From positions 71,984,001 through 72,048,000 of the forward strand of contig NW_024704742.1 of the NCBI RefSeq assembly GCF_018977255.1: a stretch of DNA of 64,000 nucleotides, given 5' to 3'. The notes beneath the pieces were generated by a model, which was not told the origin of the DNA, did no database searches, and saw only the letters and a list, made by a program, of their open reading frames with translations. A program made the translations under genes and the position numbers. The stretch's first letter is position 1. Each line of letters opens with the position of its first letter. Origin of the DNA: Callorhinchus milii. Lineage: Eukaryota. Positions 1 through 11,900 of the stretch are shown piece after piece.

Positions 1-94
1 ACTGCCTTGTGTGCTGTGAAATTCTGTCGTACTGAATTCTGATCTCACTGATGAACCCCATTGCCTCTCCTGCCTCAGAGTGTACTTTGAGCTC

Positions 95-1935
95 ACAGTG
101 CACTCCTGTATAGAGAACGGCAATGTCAGAAGCACCGTCCTTTAGATGGGATGTTAAACCGAGGTGCTGTCTGAGCCTGTTTACGTGGTTATTAAAGATC
201 CCATGTCATTACTTTTTCAAAAAAAGAGAAGGGAGTTTCTCTCTCCCTGTCCTGGCCAACAATTCTCCAAATAAAACTGGTCACTCACTGCAACAACAAC
301 AAAATTACATTTATAGAGCGCCTTTCACGTCTGGAGAACATCCCAAAGCGCTGAACAGTCAGGCGTCGGGGCCCGAGCATGGGGGAGGGATGAAGGAAGG
401 CAGAAAAGTGGGAGGGAGACCAAAGGCACAGTCGAAGAGAAGGGTCTTCAGACCGGCCTTGAAGGAGCCAAGGGAGGAAGTGAGGCGAAGGGACCGTGGG
501 ATGGAGTTCCAGAGTGTGGGGGCAGAGAGGCTGAAATCCCGGCCATCGATGGTAGGGTGGATCGGGCGGGAGACATGGAGCTGACCGGAGCCCAATGAAT
601 GGAAGGAGCGGGCAGGTTGGTAGGGAGTCAGCAGGTCAGAGAGGTCGGAGGGGGCAAGGTCATGGATGGCCTTGAAGGTGAGTATGAGGATCTTGAACTC
701 GATCCTCTGGGGAATGGGGAGCCAGTGGAGTCGGGCGAGGGTGGGAGTGATGGGGTCACGGAGCCTGGTGTGTGAAAGTACATGAGCTGCAGAGGTTTGG
801 ATGATCTGCAGCTTGTGAAGGGAAGAGTTGGGAAGGCCGATGAGGAAGGAGTTCCCGTAATTGAGCCTTGAGTGACATGCATAGGTGAGGGTTTCGGCAG
901 CCTGAGGGGTGAGGCAGTGGTGGAGTCTGGCAAAATTGCGGAGGTGGTGGTAGACAGTGCCAGTCATGGCACGGATGTGAGGGAGAAAGGATAGTTCAGG
1001 GTCAAACAAGATACCCAGGTTACTGACTGGCTTAGTGAGGTTGAGTGTGCAGCCGTGGAGGCTGATGCTGCCAGTGCCTGAGGTGCGGAGGTGCTGGCGC
1101 GAGCCAATCAGGAGAGCCTCGGTCTTGCTGACGTTGAGCTGGAGAAAGTTGTCCCTTGTCCAGGACTTGATGTCGGACAAGCAGTCGGTCAGGACGCCAG
1201 TAATCCTGGAGTTCAGGGTGGAAGCAGAGCGGTAGAGTTGGGTGTCATCCGCATACATGTGGAAATTTAACCCATGTCTGCGGATGACGTCACCAAGGGG
1301 GAGCGTGTAGAGGGTGAAGAGGAGGGGACCGAGGATAGAGCCCTGAGGAACACCGCACAAGACAGTGAGGAGACTAGAGGAGAAACCGTTTGCCGCGATG
1401 AAGTGGAGGTGGTGTGAAAGGTAGGACCTGAACCAGTCAAGGACAGAACCTTGAAGGTTGAGGTGGGAGGAGAGGCGGTGGAGGAGGATTGAGTGGTCCA
1501 TGGTGTCAAAGGCGGCGGAGAGGTCGAGGAGGACGAGGAGGCAGAGGGAGCCCTGGTCACATATGGTCAGGATATCGTTTGTGACCTTGACCAGAGCAGT
1601 TTCCGTGCTGTAGGCAGCACGGAAATCCAATTGGAGGGGTTCATGGAGGGAGTGGGAGGAGAGGAAAGAACAAAGCTGGGAGGCAACGGCTCTCTCAAGG
1701 ACCTTGGATAGGAAGGGGAGATTTGAGATGGGCTGATAGCTGTGATGGGTCGAGGGAAGGTTTCTTCAAGGTGGGGGTGATAATGGCTGTTTTAAGGCTG
1801 CAGGGCTGTTTGTGGGAAGTTGTTGTGTGCAAATTAGCTGCCTCATTCACTCACTACACTTTACAATGAAATCCTGGGAAGCACTTTGAGACAAATCTAC
1901 AGTGTGACAAGACGCTGAAACAAATGCAAGCTTAG
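95..1935 (+). mobile_element. Deu-domain SINE (SacSINE1/AmnSINE-like), split by the L2 insertion at 290-1798
   Basis: GATGTTAAACCGAGG...AAAGATCCCATG...TGTCCTGGCCAACA at 150-262; resumes after the L2 as GCTGTTTGTGGGAAGTTGTTGTGTGCAAATTAGCTGCC...AAATGCAAG. Confidence 0.65.
290..1798 (-). mobile_element. L2-clade LINE, 5'-truncated, with an open 423-aa RT/C-terminal ORF2 segment (359-1630)
   Basis: LLDLSAAFDT, GVPQGSILGP, YADDTQLY and LHWLPI motifs; 3' stem-loop and (TTG)n tail at 290-350. Confidence 0.92.
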
Positions 1936-2096
1936 AAAAACTCACTGACCACTCACCGTAGAAGCAATTCTCCCTCATCCACCCCCCCCCCCCCCCCCCC
2001 CCCCCACACACACCCAACAGTTAAAGGCTTTGATCAGGTCTCTTTTCAAAGTTTCTCTATCCAGTGAGAGCAGCCCCACATAGTCCAGTTTCATTT

Positions 2097-2370
2097 ATAA
2101 TAATCCTTGCATTTGATACAGTGCCATATCCCCAGAAAAGTGATCCACCAATCGACTAACAAGCAGGTTCCTACTTACTTCTCGGTAAACAGAAGCATTT
2201 GGAGTAAGGAAACTTGCCTCAGGATTCGCTCAACCAGGAATTGAACAAGGGTCCTCTCGCTTGCGAGGCAAGTGCTCTAACAACAACAACAAAATTACAT
2301 TTATAGAACGCCTTTCACGCTGGGAGGACGTCCCAAAGCGCTGAAACTAATCACTAAACTACGGGACTAG
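2097..2370 (-). mobile_element. tRNA-derived SINE, decayed, with a nested short L2 3' end (2281-2345)
   Basis: GGAGTAAGGAAACTTGCC and ATAATCCTTGCATTTGATA family signatures; CAACAACAACAAAATTACATTTATAG insert. Confidence 0.7.
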
Positions 2371-2465
2371 AGCTGGCTACTGCTTTTGTGTAGTTAATGC
2401 AGCAACCAGAGGCTGACACTCCAGCCGAGTGCTGTGGAGAACAATGTATTGGAGAGCCTGGCTCT

Positions 2466-2697
2466 GACCTGTTAGCCCCCCATAGTGCCACTTGTTGAGT
2501 CTCCAGGTCCTAGTGACGGGCAGCCACATCTGGTCGATGACGTCCAAGATACTCCACAAGTTCCTGATGACACGTTGCAGCACCGAGGTGTAGTACATGT
2601 CAAACATGTAGCCAGCGTCTTGCAGCCCCTTAGCACTGAGGTCAGCGTCAAACCAGCCCAAGAAATGGTTCTTCCATCACCAACATATCAGCATGAA
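2466..2697 (-). pseudogene. Phosphoglycerate mutase (PGAM1-like) pseudogene fragment, N-terminal part only
   Basis: GWFDADLS...[42 protein letters not shown]; catalytic RHG region destroyed, about 9-codon internal deletion, ER replaced by KW. Confidence 0.85.
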
Positions 2698-4624
2698 ACA
2701 CACCACCTGCTCCTTTGACCCCATCCCCATCCCTCTCCTTACTTCCCAGCTCAACCTCCTTGCCCCTCTATTCTCCGATCCCATCAATCTCTCTCTATTA
2801 CCTGGCACCGTTCCCATCCCCCTAAAAACAGCTATAATCACCCCCATCCTGAAAAAACCTTCCCTGGACCCATCCCTGCCATCTAACTACCGGCCCATCT
2901 CCAACCTCCCTTTACTTTCCAAGTTCCTTGAAAGAATCGTTACGTTCCAGCTTTGCTCCTTCTTCTTCTCCTACCACTCCCTTCACGAGCCCCTCCAATT
3001 GGGTTTCCATGCTGCTCACAGCATAGAAACTACTCTGGTCAAGGACACAAACGACATTCCGTCCATCTGGAGTCCTGTAGCTCAGTGGTTAGAGCACTCA
3101 CCTTGCAAGCGAGACACCTGGGTTCAATTCCAGGCAGGGCTAAACCTTGGGAAAGTTTCCTTACACCACACGCCTAATAATAATCCCTCCAAAACAAAAA
3201 AACAATAATAAATGGGTCATTTTTAATCCACGACTGTTTGTGGGACACTGCTGTGTACAATTGGCTGCTGCGTTTCGCCCACAAATATACGGTCAATTCA
3301 CTTTACAGCATATTCTGTGAAGCGCTTTGAGACGTCAAGAAGACATGAAAAGCATTATATCAAATGCAAGGATTATTATTATTATTATCTGTGACCAGGG
3401 CTCCCTCTGCCTCCCCGTCCTCCTTGACCTCTCTGCTACCTTCGATACCGTGGACCACTCCATACTCCTCCACCGCCTCTCCTCTCACTTCAACCTTGAA
3501 GGTTCTGTCTATGAATGGTTCAGGTTTTATCTCTCATACCATTCCCAATTTGTATCTGTCAATGGTTTCACTTCCAGCCTGCGCAGTCTTGTGTGGTGTT
3601 CCTCAGGGTTCTGTCCTTGGTCCCCTCCTCTTCAACCTCTACATGCTCCCAGTTGGTGACATCATCCGCAGACATGGGGTCAACTTCTACATGCATGTGG
3701 ATGGCAAACAACTCTACATCTCTGCCTCCACCCGCAATTCCAGGACCACTGGCGCCCTGACAGACTGTCTGTCAGACATCAAGTCCTGGATGATGGCCAA
3801 CTTTAGCTGATTGTCAGCAAGATTGAGGCCCTCCAGATTGGCTCGCGCCTCAGGCACTGGCAGCATTAGCATCCATTGATGCACACACCACCTCACCAAG
3901 CCACTCAGGAACCTGGCGTCTTGTTCAGCCCTCAAATTCCTTTCTCCCCCATATCCCTGCCATGACCCGCTCTGCTTCCTCCCACCTCCGCAACATTTCC
4001 CGACTCCGCCCATGCCTCACCTCTCAGACTGCCGAAACCCTCATACACGCATTCGTCATATCAAGGTCCCACTACGGACACTGCCTCCTTGTCGGCCTCC
4101 CCAACTCTTCCCTCCACAAACTGAAGATCATCTAGAACTCTGCAGCTCGTGTCCTCTCCAGCACCAGGCTCCGTGACCCCATCACCCTCACCCACACTGG
4201 GTTCCATTGGCTCCCCATCCCCCAGAGGATAGAATTCAAAATCCTCATTCTCACTTTCAAGGCCCTCCATGGCCTTGCCCCCTTCTACATCTCCAATTTG
4301 CTAACCTCCTATCAACCTGTCCACTTCCTCCATTCAGCAGGCGCTAGCCTGCTCCATGTCTCCCGCCTGACCTGCCCTACTATCAGCAGCCGGGCTTTCA
4401 GCCTCTCTGTCCCACCCTTTGGAACTCCATCCCACAATCCCTTCACCTTGCTCCCTCCTTTGCAGCCTTCAAGAGACGACTCAAGATCCTCCTTTTCGAC
4501 CGTGCCTTCTACTGCCCTCCTATCTCTCTGCCCTGCCTTATCCCAACCCTGCCCCCTGCCCACGCTCGGGTCCTGATCCCCGACTGTTCAGCGCCTTGGG
4601 ACGTCCTCCCGACAATTTTGTTGT
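2692..4624 (+). mobile_element. L2 LINE, 5'-truncated, frameshifted, interrupted by a SINE
   Basis: DPIP...NYRPISNLP...LDLSATFDT...GVPQGSVLGP; 3' tail GCGCCTTGGGACGTCCTCCCGAC...TTTTGTTG. Confidence 0.9.
3069..3386 (+). mobile_element. tRNA(Ala)-like SINE, internally deleted subfamily, inserted in L2 ORF2
   Basis: A box TAGCTCAGTGG, TTGCAA anticodon loop, B box GGTTCAATTCC, (TTA)n tail; ATCT on both flanks. Confidence 0.85.
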
Positions 4625-5559
4625 AGACAAGAGTGCATAAGCCTAATTAAATTCCATGCATAGGTTGGATGTATGGAATTCTCAGTTGGGTTTGGATACC
4701 CTTAAGCATGGTGGCAGGTTGCAGCATGTGTCGGACATCCAGCAGACCAAAATAAATTAGATTAAATTGAGCTGAATTGTAGCATTTCTATCTTAGCACG
4801 ACCTTATGAGGAAGCTGGCAAAACTTTAGATAAAATGTTATGGAAAATGACTGTCTTGTGCCTTCTTGGTTCAGAAGTTAGAAGTGAATTGAACACAGCT
4901 GCAGCTCTCTTCAGCTGTTGATGTCACCCTTCTGCATTGTTTTAATCAGAATCAGCTGATGGGTACCATACAGTATTAAAACCAACATGAGTTAAGTCCT
5001 GCAGATCCACACCAATCATCTTGGTATTAGAAAAGGACCACGATAAACAGGGTATAGTCTCCAGATAAAATCGCTCATTCACGTCACGGCTGAGACATGT
5101 GAGAGATTGGCTGCGGTGTTCACTGACAAAACACACAGTCGTTGCACTTTACAGTAAAAANTCAATGAGGAGCTTTGAGATGTCCTCCTGATGAGAAAGG
5201 CATCGCATTGCATTGCCTTAAACACGAGGATTATTGTTATTATTACGGTATCTGAAAAGTGCTGCAAAGGTGAAGTGGGGGCAGAGTGCGCGGTGCCCAT
5301 CCAGTGGTGGTTGTGCGGTATTGCACCGCCGCATATGTCGCTCAATTATAAGACAAAAGAACATTTCCGTCGAAATTTCTCAAGACGAGAGGTGGGGGAC
5401 ACGATGTTACACATCAAGAGAGGCCTCAACATCGTCTCATTGTTCCGCTTCCCTATAAGTTATCTACAAAGTAGGTGGTGGGTGGGGGGGGGGCAGTGGG
5501 ATTTCCTTGCGCCATCCCCCAGGAGTAAAGCAATCCCACTGACCCGACCCTCCACAAAG

Positions 5560-5900
5560 GAGGGAATGGCGCGCTTCCTCCCGCCTCAGCCTCTGTTGTC
5601 ATAGCGACTGACGATGGCCGTCGGGGGCGCCGCGACGAGCGGGGGGTTACGTTGCGCGCGCACACACACACGCACCCACGCGCGCGCGCGCGCCGGCTTG
5701 CTGGAAGCTTCTGCCGCGGTGCACTGTGGGATAGCCTGCAGGGGAGAGAGGGAGAGACGCCGCCGCCGAGATGATGGTGAGTGTGTGCGGCCGCTCGCAA
5801 TCCGCCGCCATCTGCCCGGCCAGACGGCTTCATCCCGACCCCGCGGGCCCGGAGGCGGCCGCCGCGGGGCCAGGGTGCGGGTCACATCGATATAGGAGGC
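5560..5900 (+). promoter_or_regulatory. CpG-island promoter and 5' end of CCT7
   Basis: High GC and CpG density around the CCT7 ATG; YY1-like CGCCATCT at 5806, X-box-like motif at 5595-5608, HSE-like motif at 5699-5712. Confidence 0.8.
5771..5776 (+). CDS. CCT7: CCT7 exon 1 coding part (MM)
   Basis: GAG ATG ATG|GTGAGT inside the CpG island. Confidence 0.9.
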
Positions 5901-8900
5901 GCGGGTTGGGCCTTTGTGTATGTTTCGGGTGTTTTCTGCCCACACCCCACCCCCCACCCCACCCCGTGCGTGTTCTCAGGGGAGGGGGTCTGTCACCGAG
6001 GGACCAGAGGTGGGTGTGTGTCGGGGGAGGAGGGGCTATATCAGGGGTCGGGCAGGCGGTGGCTACTCAGGATCCGGGAAAAAAAACTTCTCTTAACTCG
6101 GGGGAAGGATCTTTTTAACACCGTCTTTAACACCGGCACCGGGAGGGCCGCGGGTTTAACGTCTCATCTGAAGCAAAGGCGTCTCCGACAATGCTGCTCC
6201 CCCCCCCCCCCCCCGTCATGCCCTGGAGCAGCATCCAGCACCGTGAGCTCCGACTCCACAATGTCGACAACAACAACAAAATTACATTTGTATATCGCGC
6301 CTTTCATGTCGGGAGGACAGGCGCTGGTCTATCAGATTCTCAGACCCGAGCCTGGGGTCGGGATTAGGGAGGCTGGAGGGGGGGGGGGGAGGAGGGTGAT
6401 CGGAGACATAAGAACATAAGAATTAGGAGCAGGAGGAGGCCATTCGGCCCCTCGAGCCTGCCCCGCCATTCGATAAGATCATGGCTGATCTTCAGACCTA
6501 ACTCTAATTACCTGCACTATCCCCATATCCCCTAATCCCTCTGTGTTTTAAAAATCTATCAGTCTCAGCCTTGAAGATGTTCAAGGACTGAGCATCTACA
6601 GCCTTCTGGGGTAGTGAATTCCATAAATTCACTATCCTCGGAGTGTAGAAATGTTTCCTCAACTCTGTTCTAAAAGGCTGACCCTTAATTTTAAGACTGT
6701 GACCCCTGTTTATAGATTCTCCATCCAGGGGAAACAGACCCTCTGTGTCTACTTTATCAGCCCTTTAAGAATCTTATAAGTTTCAATAAGATCTCCCCTA
6801 ATTCTTCTGTCCTCTAGAGGATATAGCCCTAGTTTATTCAGCCTATCTTCATGGGTCAGTCCCCTCATCCCAGGAACTAACCGAGTGAATCTACGCTGCA
6901 CCCCCTCTAGGGCAAGTATGTCCTTTTTAAATAAGGAGACCAAAACTGCACACAATACTCTAGGTGCGGTCTCACCAAGGCCCTATACAGTTGCAGCAAG
7001 ACTTCCCTACTCTTGTACTCTAAACCTTTTGCAATGAACGCTAACATGCCGTTCGCCTTCTTAGTTGCTTGCTGCACCTGCAAACTAACTTTTTGAGACT
7101 GGTGTACAAGGACACCCAAATCCCTCTGAACACTAACACTATCTAAGCTCTCCCCCTCTAGAAAATAATCTGTTTTTCTATTTTTTCTACCTAGGTGAAT
7201 AACTTCACACTTCCCCACATTAAATTCCATCTGCCACCTACTCGCCCACTCCCCTAGCCTATCTATATCCCATTGCAATCTTTTTGCATCATCCTCAGAG
7301 CTTACTCTCCCACCTAGTTTAGTGTCATCCGCGAATTTAGATACGTTACATTCAATGTCCTCGTCTAGATCAATGATGTAAATTGTAAATAGCAGAGGCC
7401 CAAGCACTGATCCTTGTGACACTTCAATAGTCACATCCTGCCAATTTGAGAATGACCCGTTTATCCCTACTCTCTGTTTTCTACCCGTTAGCCACTCTTC
7501 AATCCATGCTAATATGTTCCCATTAATCCCGTGGGCCTTAACCTTGTGCAATAGCCTTTGACACAGTCAAAGAGAAGGGTGTTGAGATGGGTCTTGAAGG
7601 AGGCAAGGGAGTGGGCGAAGCGGAGGGATTGTGGGATGGAGTTGCAGAGGGTGATGGCGGAAGCCCACCCGCTAATGGTGGGAAGGGCGAGGCAGAGGAT
7701 GTGAAGCAGGCCGGAGCCCGCTGAAGGGAGGGAGCAGGCAGGATAGTAGGGGGTTAGGAGGTCTCAGAGGTAGGGAGGAGCAAGGCCATGGAGAGCTTTG
7801 AAGGTGAGGGTCAGGATATTGAACTGTATTTTCTGTGTGATGGAAAGCCGGTGGAGTTGGGTGTGGATGGGGTTGATAGGGTCACAGAGCCTGGAGCGGG
7901 AGAGGAGTGTGAACACAGCAATAACAACAACCTTCTAACACAGTGGAGACAGGGCTATGGCTGAGCTAGGATTACCCACTTCTCAGCCAAATGGTGCTTT
8001 GCTGTCTGAGTTGGTGTTGGATCTAAATGGTGTTCTGTGTTGAAAAATTTATCTGATCTTAACATTTTTTCACACAGAGTGTAGTGGAAATCTGGAACTC
8101 TTTCCCCAAAAAGGCTGTGGATGTTGGAACCATTCAAATTTTTAAGACTGCGGTGGATAGATTTTTATTTGGTCAGGCTATCAAAGTATATGGGGTTAAG
8201 GCGGGTAAACGGAGTTGAGGTACAGATCAGCCATGATCTAATAGAATGATAAACAGACTCAAGGGGCTGAATAATAATAAATAATAATCCTTGCATTTGA
8301 TAAAGCGCTTTTCACGTGTTCTCGACATCTCAAAGCGCTTCACAGAATAGACTGTAAAGTGAATTGACTGTATATTTGTGGGTGAAACGCGGCAGCCAAT
8401 TGTGCACAGCAGTGCCCCACAAACAGTCGTGGATTGAAAATGACCAATTTATTATTGCTTTGTTTTGGAGGGATTATTATTAGGTGTGTGGAGTAAGGAA
8501 ACTTGCCCAAGGTTTCGTCCTGCCTGGAATTGAACCCAGGTGTCTCGCTTGCAAAGCGAGTGCTCTAACCACTGAGCTACAGGATTCCAGTGTAGGCCTA
8601 CTCCTGTTCATATATGTATATATATGTAATGAGTTGTGAAGGCTGGTTTCACAACATTTTTTGCCCAGCCAGCTGGCTCACTCCCTGGCCAGTTCCCGTG
8701 CTAAGAAAAATCATCGACCTCTGAGTGGTCAGGTTCCTCTTGATGTTGTCTCCTCAGTGCCGTCCATGTGAAAGCAGGGAGTGATGTCAGTGGTGACCTG
8801 ATACGTGTGGATTTAGCATTTCTTTGTAGCATGCAAAGCTAAAATGTCCAAATTCGGTCATCATCTCTGCCAACATCGCTTTGCTTGTCGGTGGTGTACT

Positions 8901-11900
8901 GACAGAGTAAGAAGTGACATAATGACCCGGAAGTCGGCCATTGAGCATGAGTCAGGCACCTGCGAGCATGAGCTGTGAATGGGGTTCACATTGCAATTGC
9001 GTTATAACCAAAATTTGCGCTATAAAGAGCGTTATAATGCCATCATCAGTGTATGTTGCAGCTTTCTTAGGGGTGGCCTTCGAGCCAGACATTGGTTATG
9101 ACCTGAGAAGTTAGTAAGATAGTTTATAATGTACACCACAACTCAACACTGGCCTTTTGTTTTTATTTTAAAAAAAGGTTATTTTCTCTCCTCTCCCGAA
9201 GACATTGGACTCTTACCTTCTGCCCAGTGCCCTCCTTGGTCAAGTTGTGATTGATTGTTCACTAATAACTTTTGATAGGCTAATTGCCCAATAGGGCTAT
9301 CCCAGTTGATCCTGATCCGGTGCTACCCCTCTCTGCACACTCACCTGCAGCAAGGCCCTCTGGTTAATCATTCGGAGCAGTAACCCATTCTGATTTTTCA
9401 ACTGGTGAGAAAATATCTGAAACTTTGGGAAAAAGTCAACAAGAAATCTACCTGAGAGTTTGCTCTGGTATTACGTGCAGTCACAGACACTGGGAAAAAA
9501 AATCAGTGAATTCAAATTTAAAAAATTAAATTCAGATGAAAATGAGCTTATTTTCCCCTATTGACTTTCATGGGGAGAAAAAACCCTGGTTTATATTGTG
9601 AAACTGGCTGCATTATTCCTAAAAACTGTCCCGCAAAAAGAAACTTGCATTTTCCTCACATCAAAATGTCTCCCAAGTGCTTCACAGAAACTACTACACA
9701 GTTAAAGTGTGTGTGTGGGGTGGGGGGGGAAGAGAATGCTCTCTTACTTTGGTCCTGCCTTTAAGTCTCTTCCTCTTGGTTTAACTGTGATCTTTCTCCA
9801 CATTGTATCCATTGGTACTGGCATCATCAACAACAGGATTTAACTTAATTTATATAGCACCTGTCACACAAGGTAGCATTTCAGAGCATTTTGACGGTGG
9901 TGGAGCACAGTCGAAGAGGAAGGTCTTCAGGCATGACCTGAAGATGGTGAGGGAGGGGACAAGTTGGAAGGGGTTGAGGAAGAGAGTTCCAGAGCTTCGG
10001 GGTGTAGTGGCAGAAAGCATGGCCACCGGTGGTTGAATGGAGGGACGAGCAGATATAACCATCTTCACCTCTCTTATTTCCAGCCCACACCAGTTATCCT
10101 CCTTAAGGAGGGCACAGACTCTTCCCAGGGAGTTCCTCAGCTCGTCAGTAACATCAATGCCTGCCAGGTCATTGCAGAGGCCGTTCGCACCACGCTGGGG
10201 CCCCGTGGCATGGACAAGCTTATTGTGGACGACCGAGGTAAGAGCAATGATCTTGGCTCTCTGAGGAGAATAGGAAGATCCCACAGGAGAAGGCCTCGGA
10301 AGGAAGGAGCTAAAATTTGATTTTGGTGCAGCGAAGAGTATTAAGGGCAATGTATTGACGGGGGGAACATTTATAGGAGCCAATGCCAATACAATAAGGC
10401 GAGGGTTGTAATAGAGGGATTAGAGTCTGAGGGGTCAGGCGTTAAACATGAAGGATGATCCCAACCTAGCTGGTTTTCTTATAGCACTGCTCTCCTGATC
10501 CGTGGTTAACAGAACTGCTAGCTTCTTGCAAGCACAAAGAATGGCTGTCTTCTGGGTCATCAGGTCACTTGTGTAATAATAATCCTTGCATTGGATATAG
10601 TGCCTCATTAAGATGTCTCAAAGCGCTCACAGAATATATTGTAAAGTAGATTGACTGCATTTTGTTGTCGAAACCCGGTAGCCAATTGCACTGAGCAGTG
10701 TCCCAAACAGTCGTGGATTGAGTGACCAATATGTTTTTTGGATGGATCATTACTCCTGGAAAGTAGTCCGTCAATCGACTAACAACCAGGTTCCTACTTA
10801 CTATTAGGTAAACACAGGCGCTTCACTGTACTGTGAAGGATTTTGAGACATTTTGATGTGACGTGTTACACAAATGTTTTAATGCTATTGGAATCTCCCT
10901 GGATGTCTTGCTGGTCCTATAACTGTAATGATGTGCTATACTTTCAGGGAAAGCCACGATTTCAAATGATGGCGCCACCATCTTGAAGCTTCTGGATGTG
11001 GTTCACCCTGCTGCAAAGACTCTTGTGGACATCGCAAAATCTCAGGACGCTGAGGTAATTTATTAAAGATACTTTATATTAACTCTCAAATAAATAATGT
11101 TGACCCTCTGGAGATCTTGAAAGCAAAGCTCCTAAACTACACGAGCCTGCAGGAGTCCAGGGCTCTGCTGATGACAGACTAGCCTGCCCGGCCTGTAAGC
11201 ATCCAGCCAGGCACCACCTCACCTCTATTTCTTAAGTAGCCTATTTCGCCCTACAATTGTAGGAGTGTACAGGAAGAAGCTAGATACACACTATAGCCAC
11301 TCTTCACTGGAGCTCTCTATTCTAATCCCATTCCCTGCTCTCTCTTCATCGTATCTGTGCTGGTGCTTGCTCCCCCACTGGAGCTCTCTAATCCCATTCC
11401 CTGCTGTCCTCATCGTGTTTGTGCTGGTGCTCACACCCCCACTGGAGCTCACTAATTCCTATGCTCCGCCTTCCTCTGTCCCCTTTTGTATCTTCATCCT
11501 TCATATGTTTGTCAAATTCTGTTATCATATAGGAATTGACAACAATACACTAGATACCTGCTAATAAAAGTAACTAATGGTACTGCAATCATTGAGAGGC
11601 TGAATGTCATCTGGGCTGGAAAGGTTGAATCTCATTAAACAGTTTGGTGGTTTAATTTCAGGTGGGCGACGGGACCACTTCTGTTACATTGTTGGCTGCA
11701 GAGTTCCTGAGACAGATCAAATCGTATGTGGATGAGGGGCTTCACCCCCAGATCATCATTCGATCGTTCCGCACCGCGACTCAGCTGGTAAGTGAAGGGG
11801 TGTGAGGGAGGATGGGGCTCTAGGTCTGTGGTGCTGTAAAAATGAACTCCCTTCTCTTTGCCAATAGTGTTGTGTGGTCTTTAACTTCCACCTCAACAGG

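Noticed and set aside
359..1630. 423-aa reverse transcriptase ORF as a domesticated or retron-like gene
   Set aside because: Ordinary 5'-truncated L2 ORF2 with its own 3' tail, no endonuclease domain and no ATG start; paralogous decayed copies lie nearby.
3069..3140. tRNA-Ala(TGC)-like sequence, also at 8520, 18195, 24125 and 54127
   Set aside because: These are SINE heads: the acceptor stem does not close and each runs into the SINE body.
5161..5161. Single N bases, also at 31037 and 41642
   Set aside because: Sequence ambiguity or join marks, not biology; noted only as a caveat on contiguity.
4840..5602. Possible head-to-head gene (PRADC1 is the divergent neighbour of human CCT7), including ORF MTTEAEAGG... 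and 4942-5136
   Set aside because: No recognisable protein similarity in the minus-strand frames I read; a non-coding first exon cannot be excluded.
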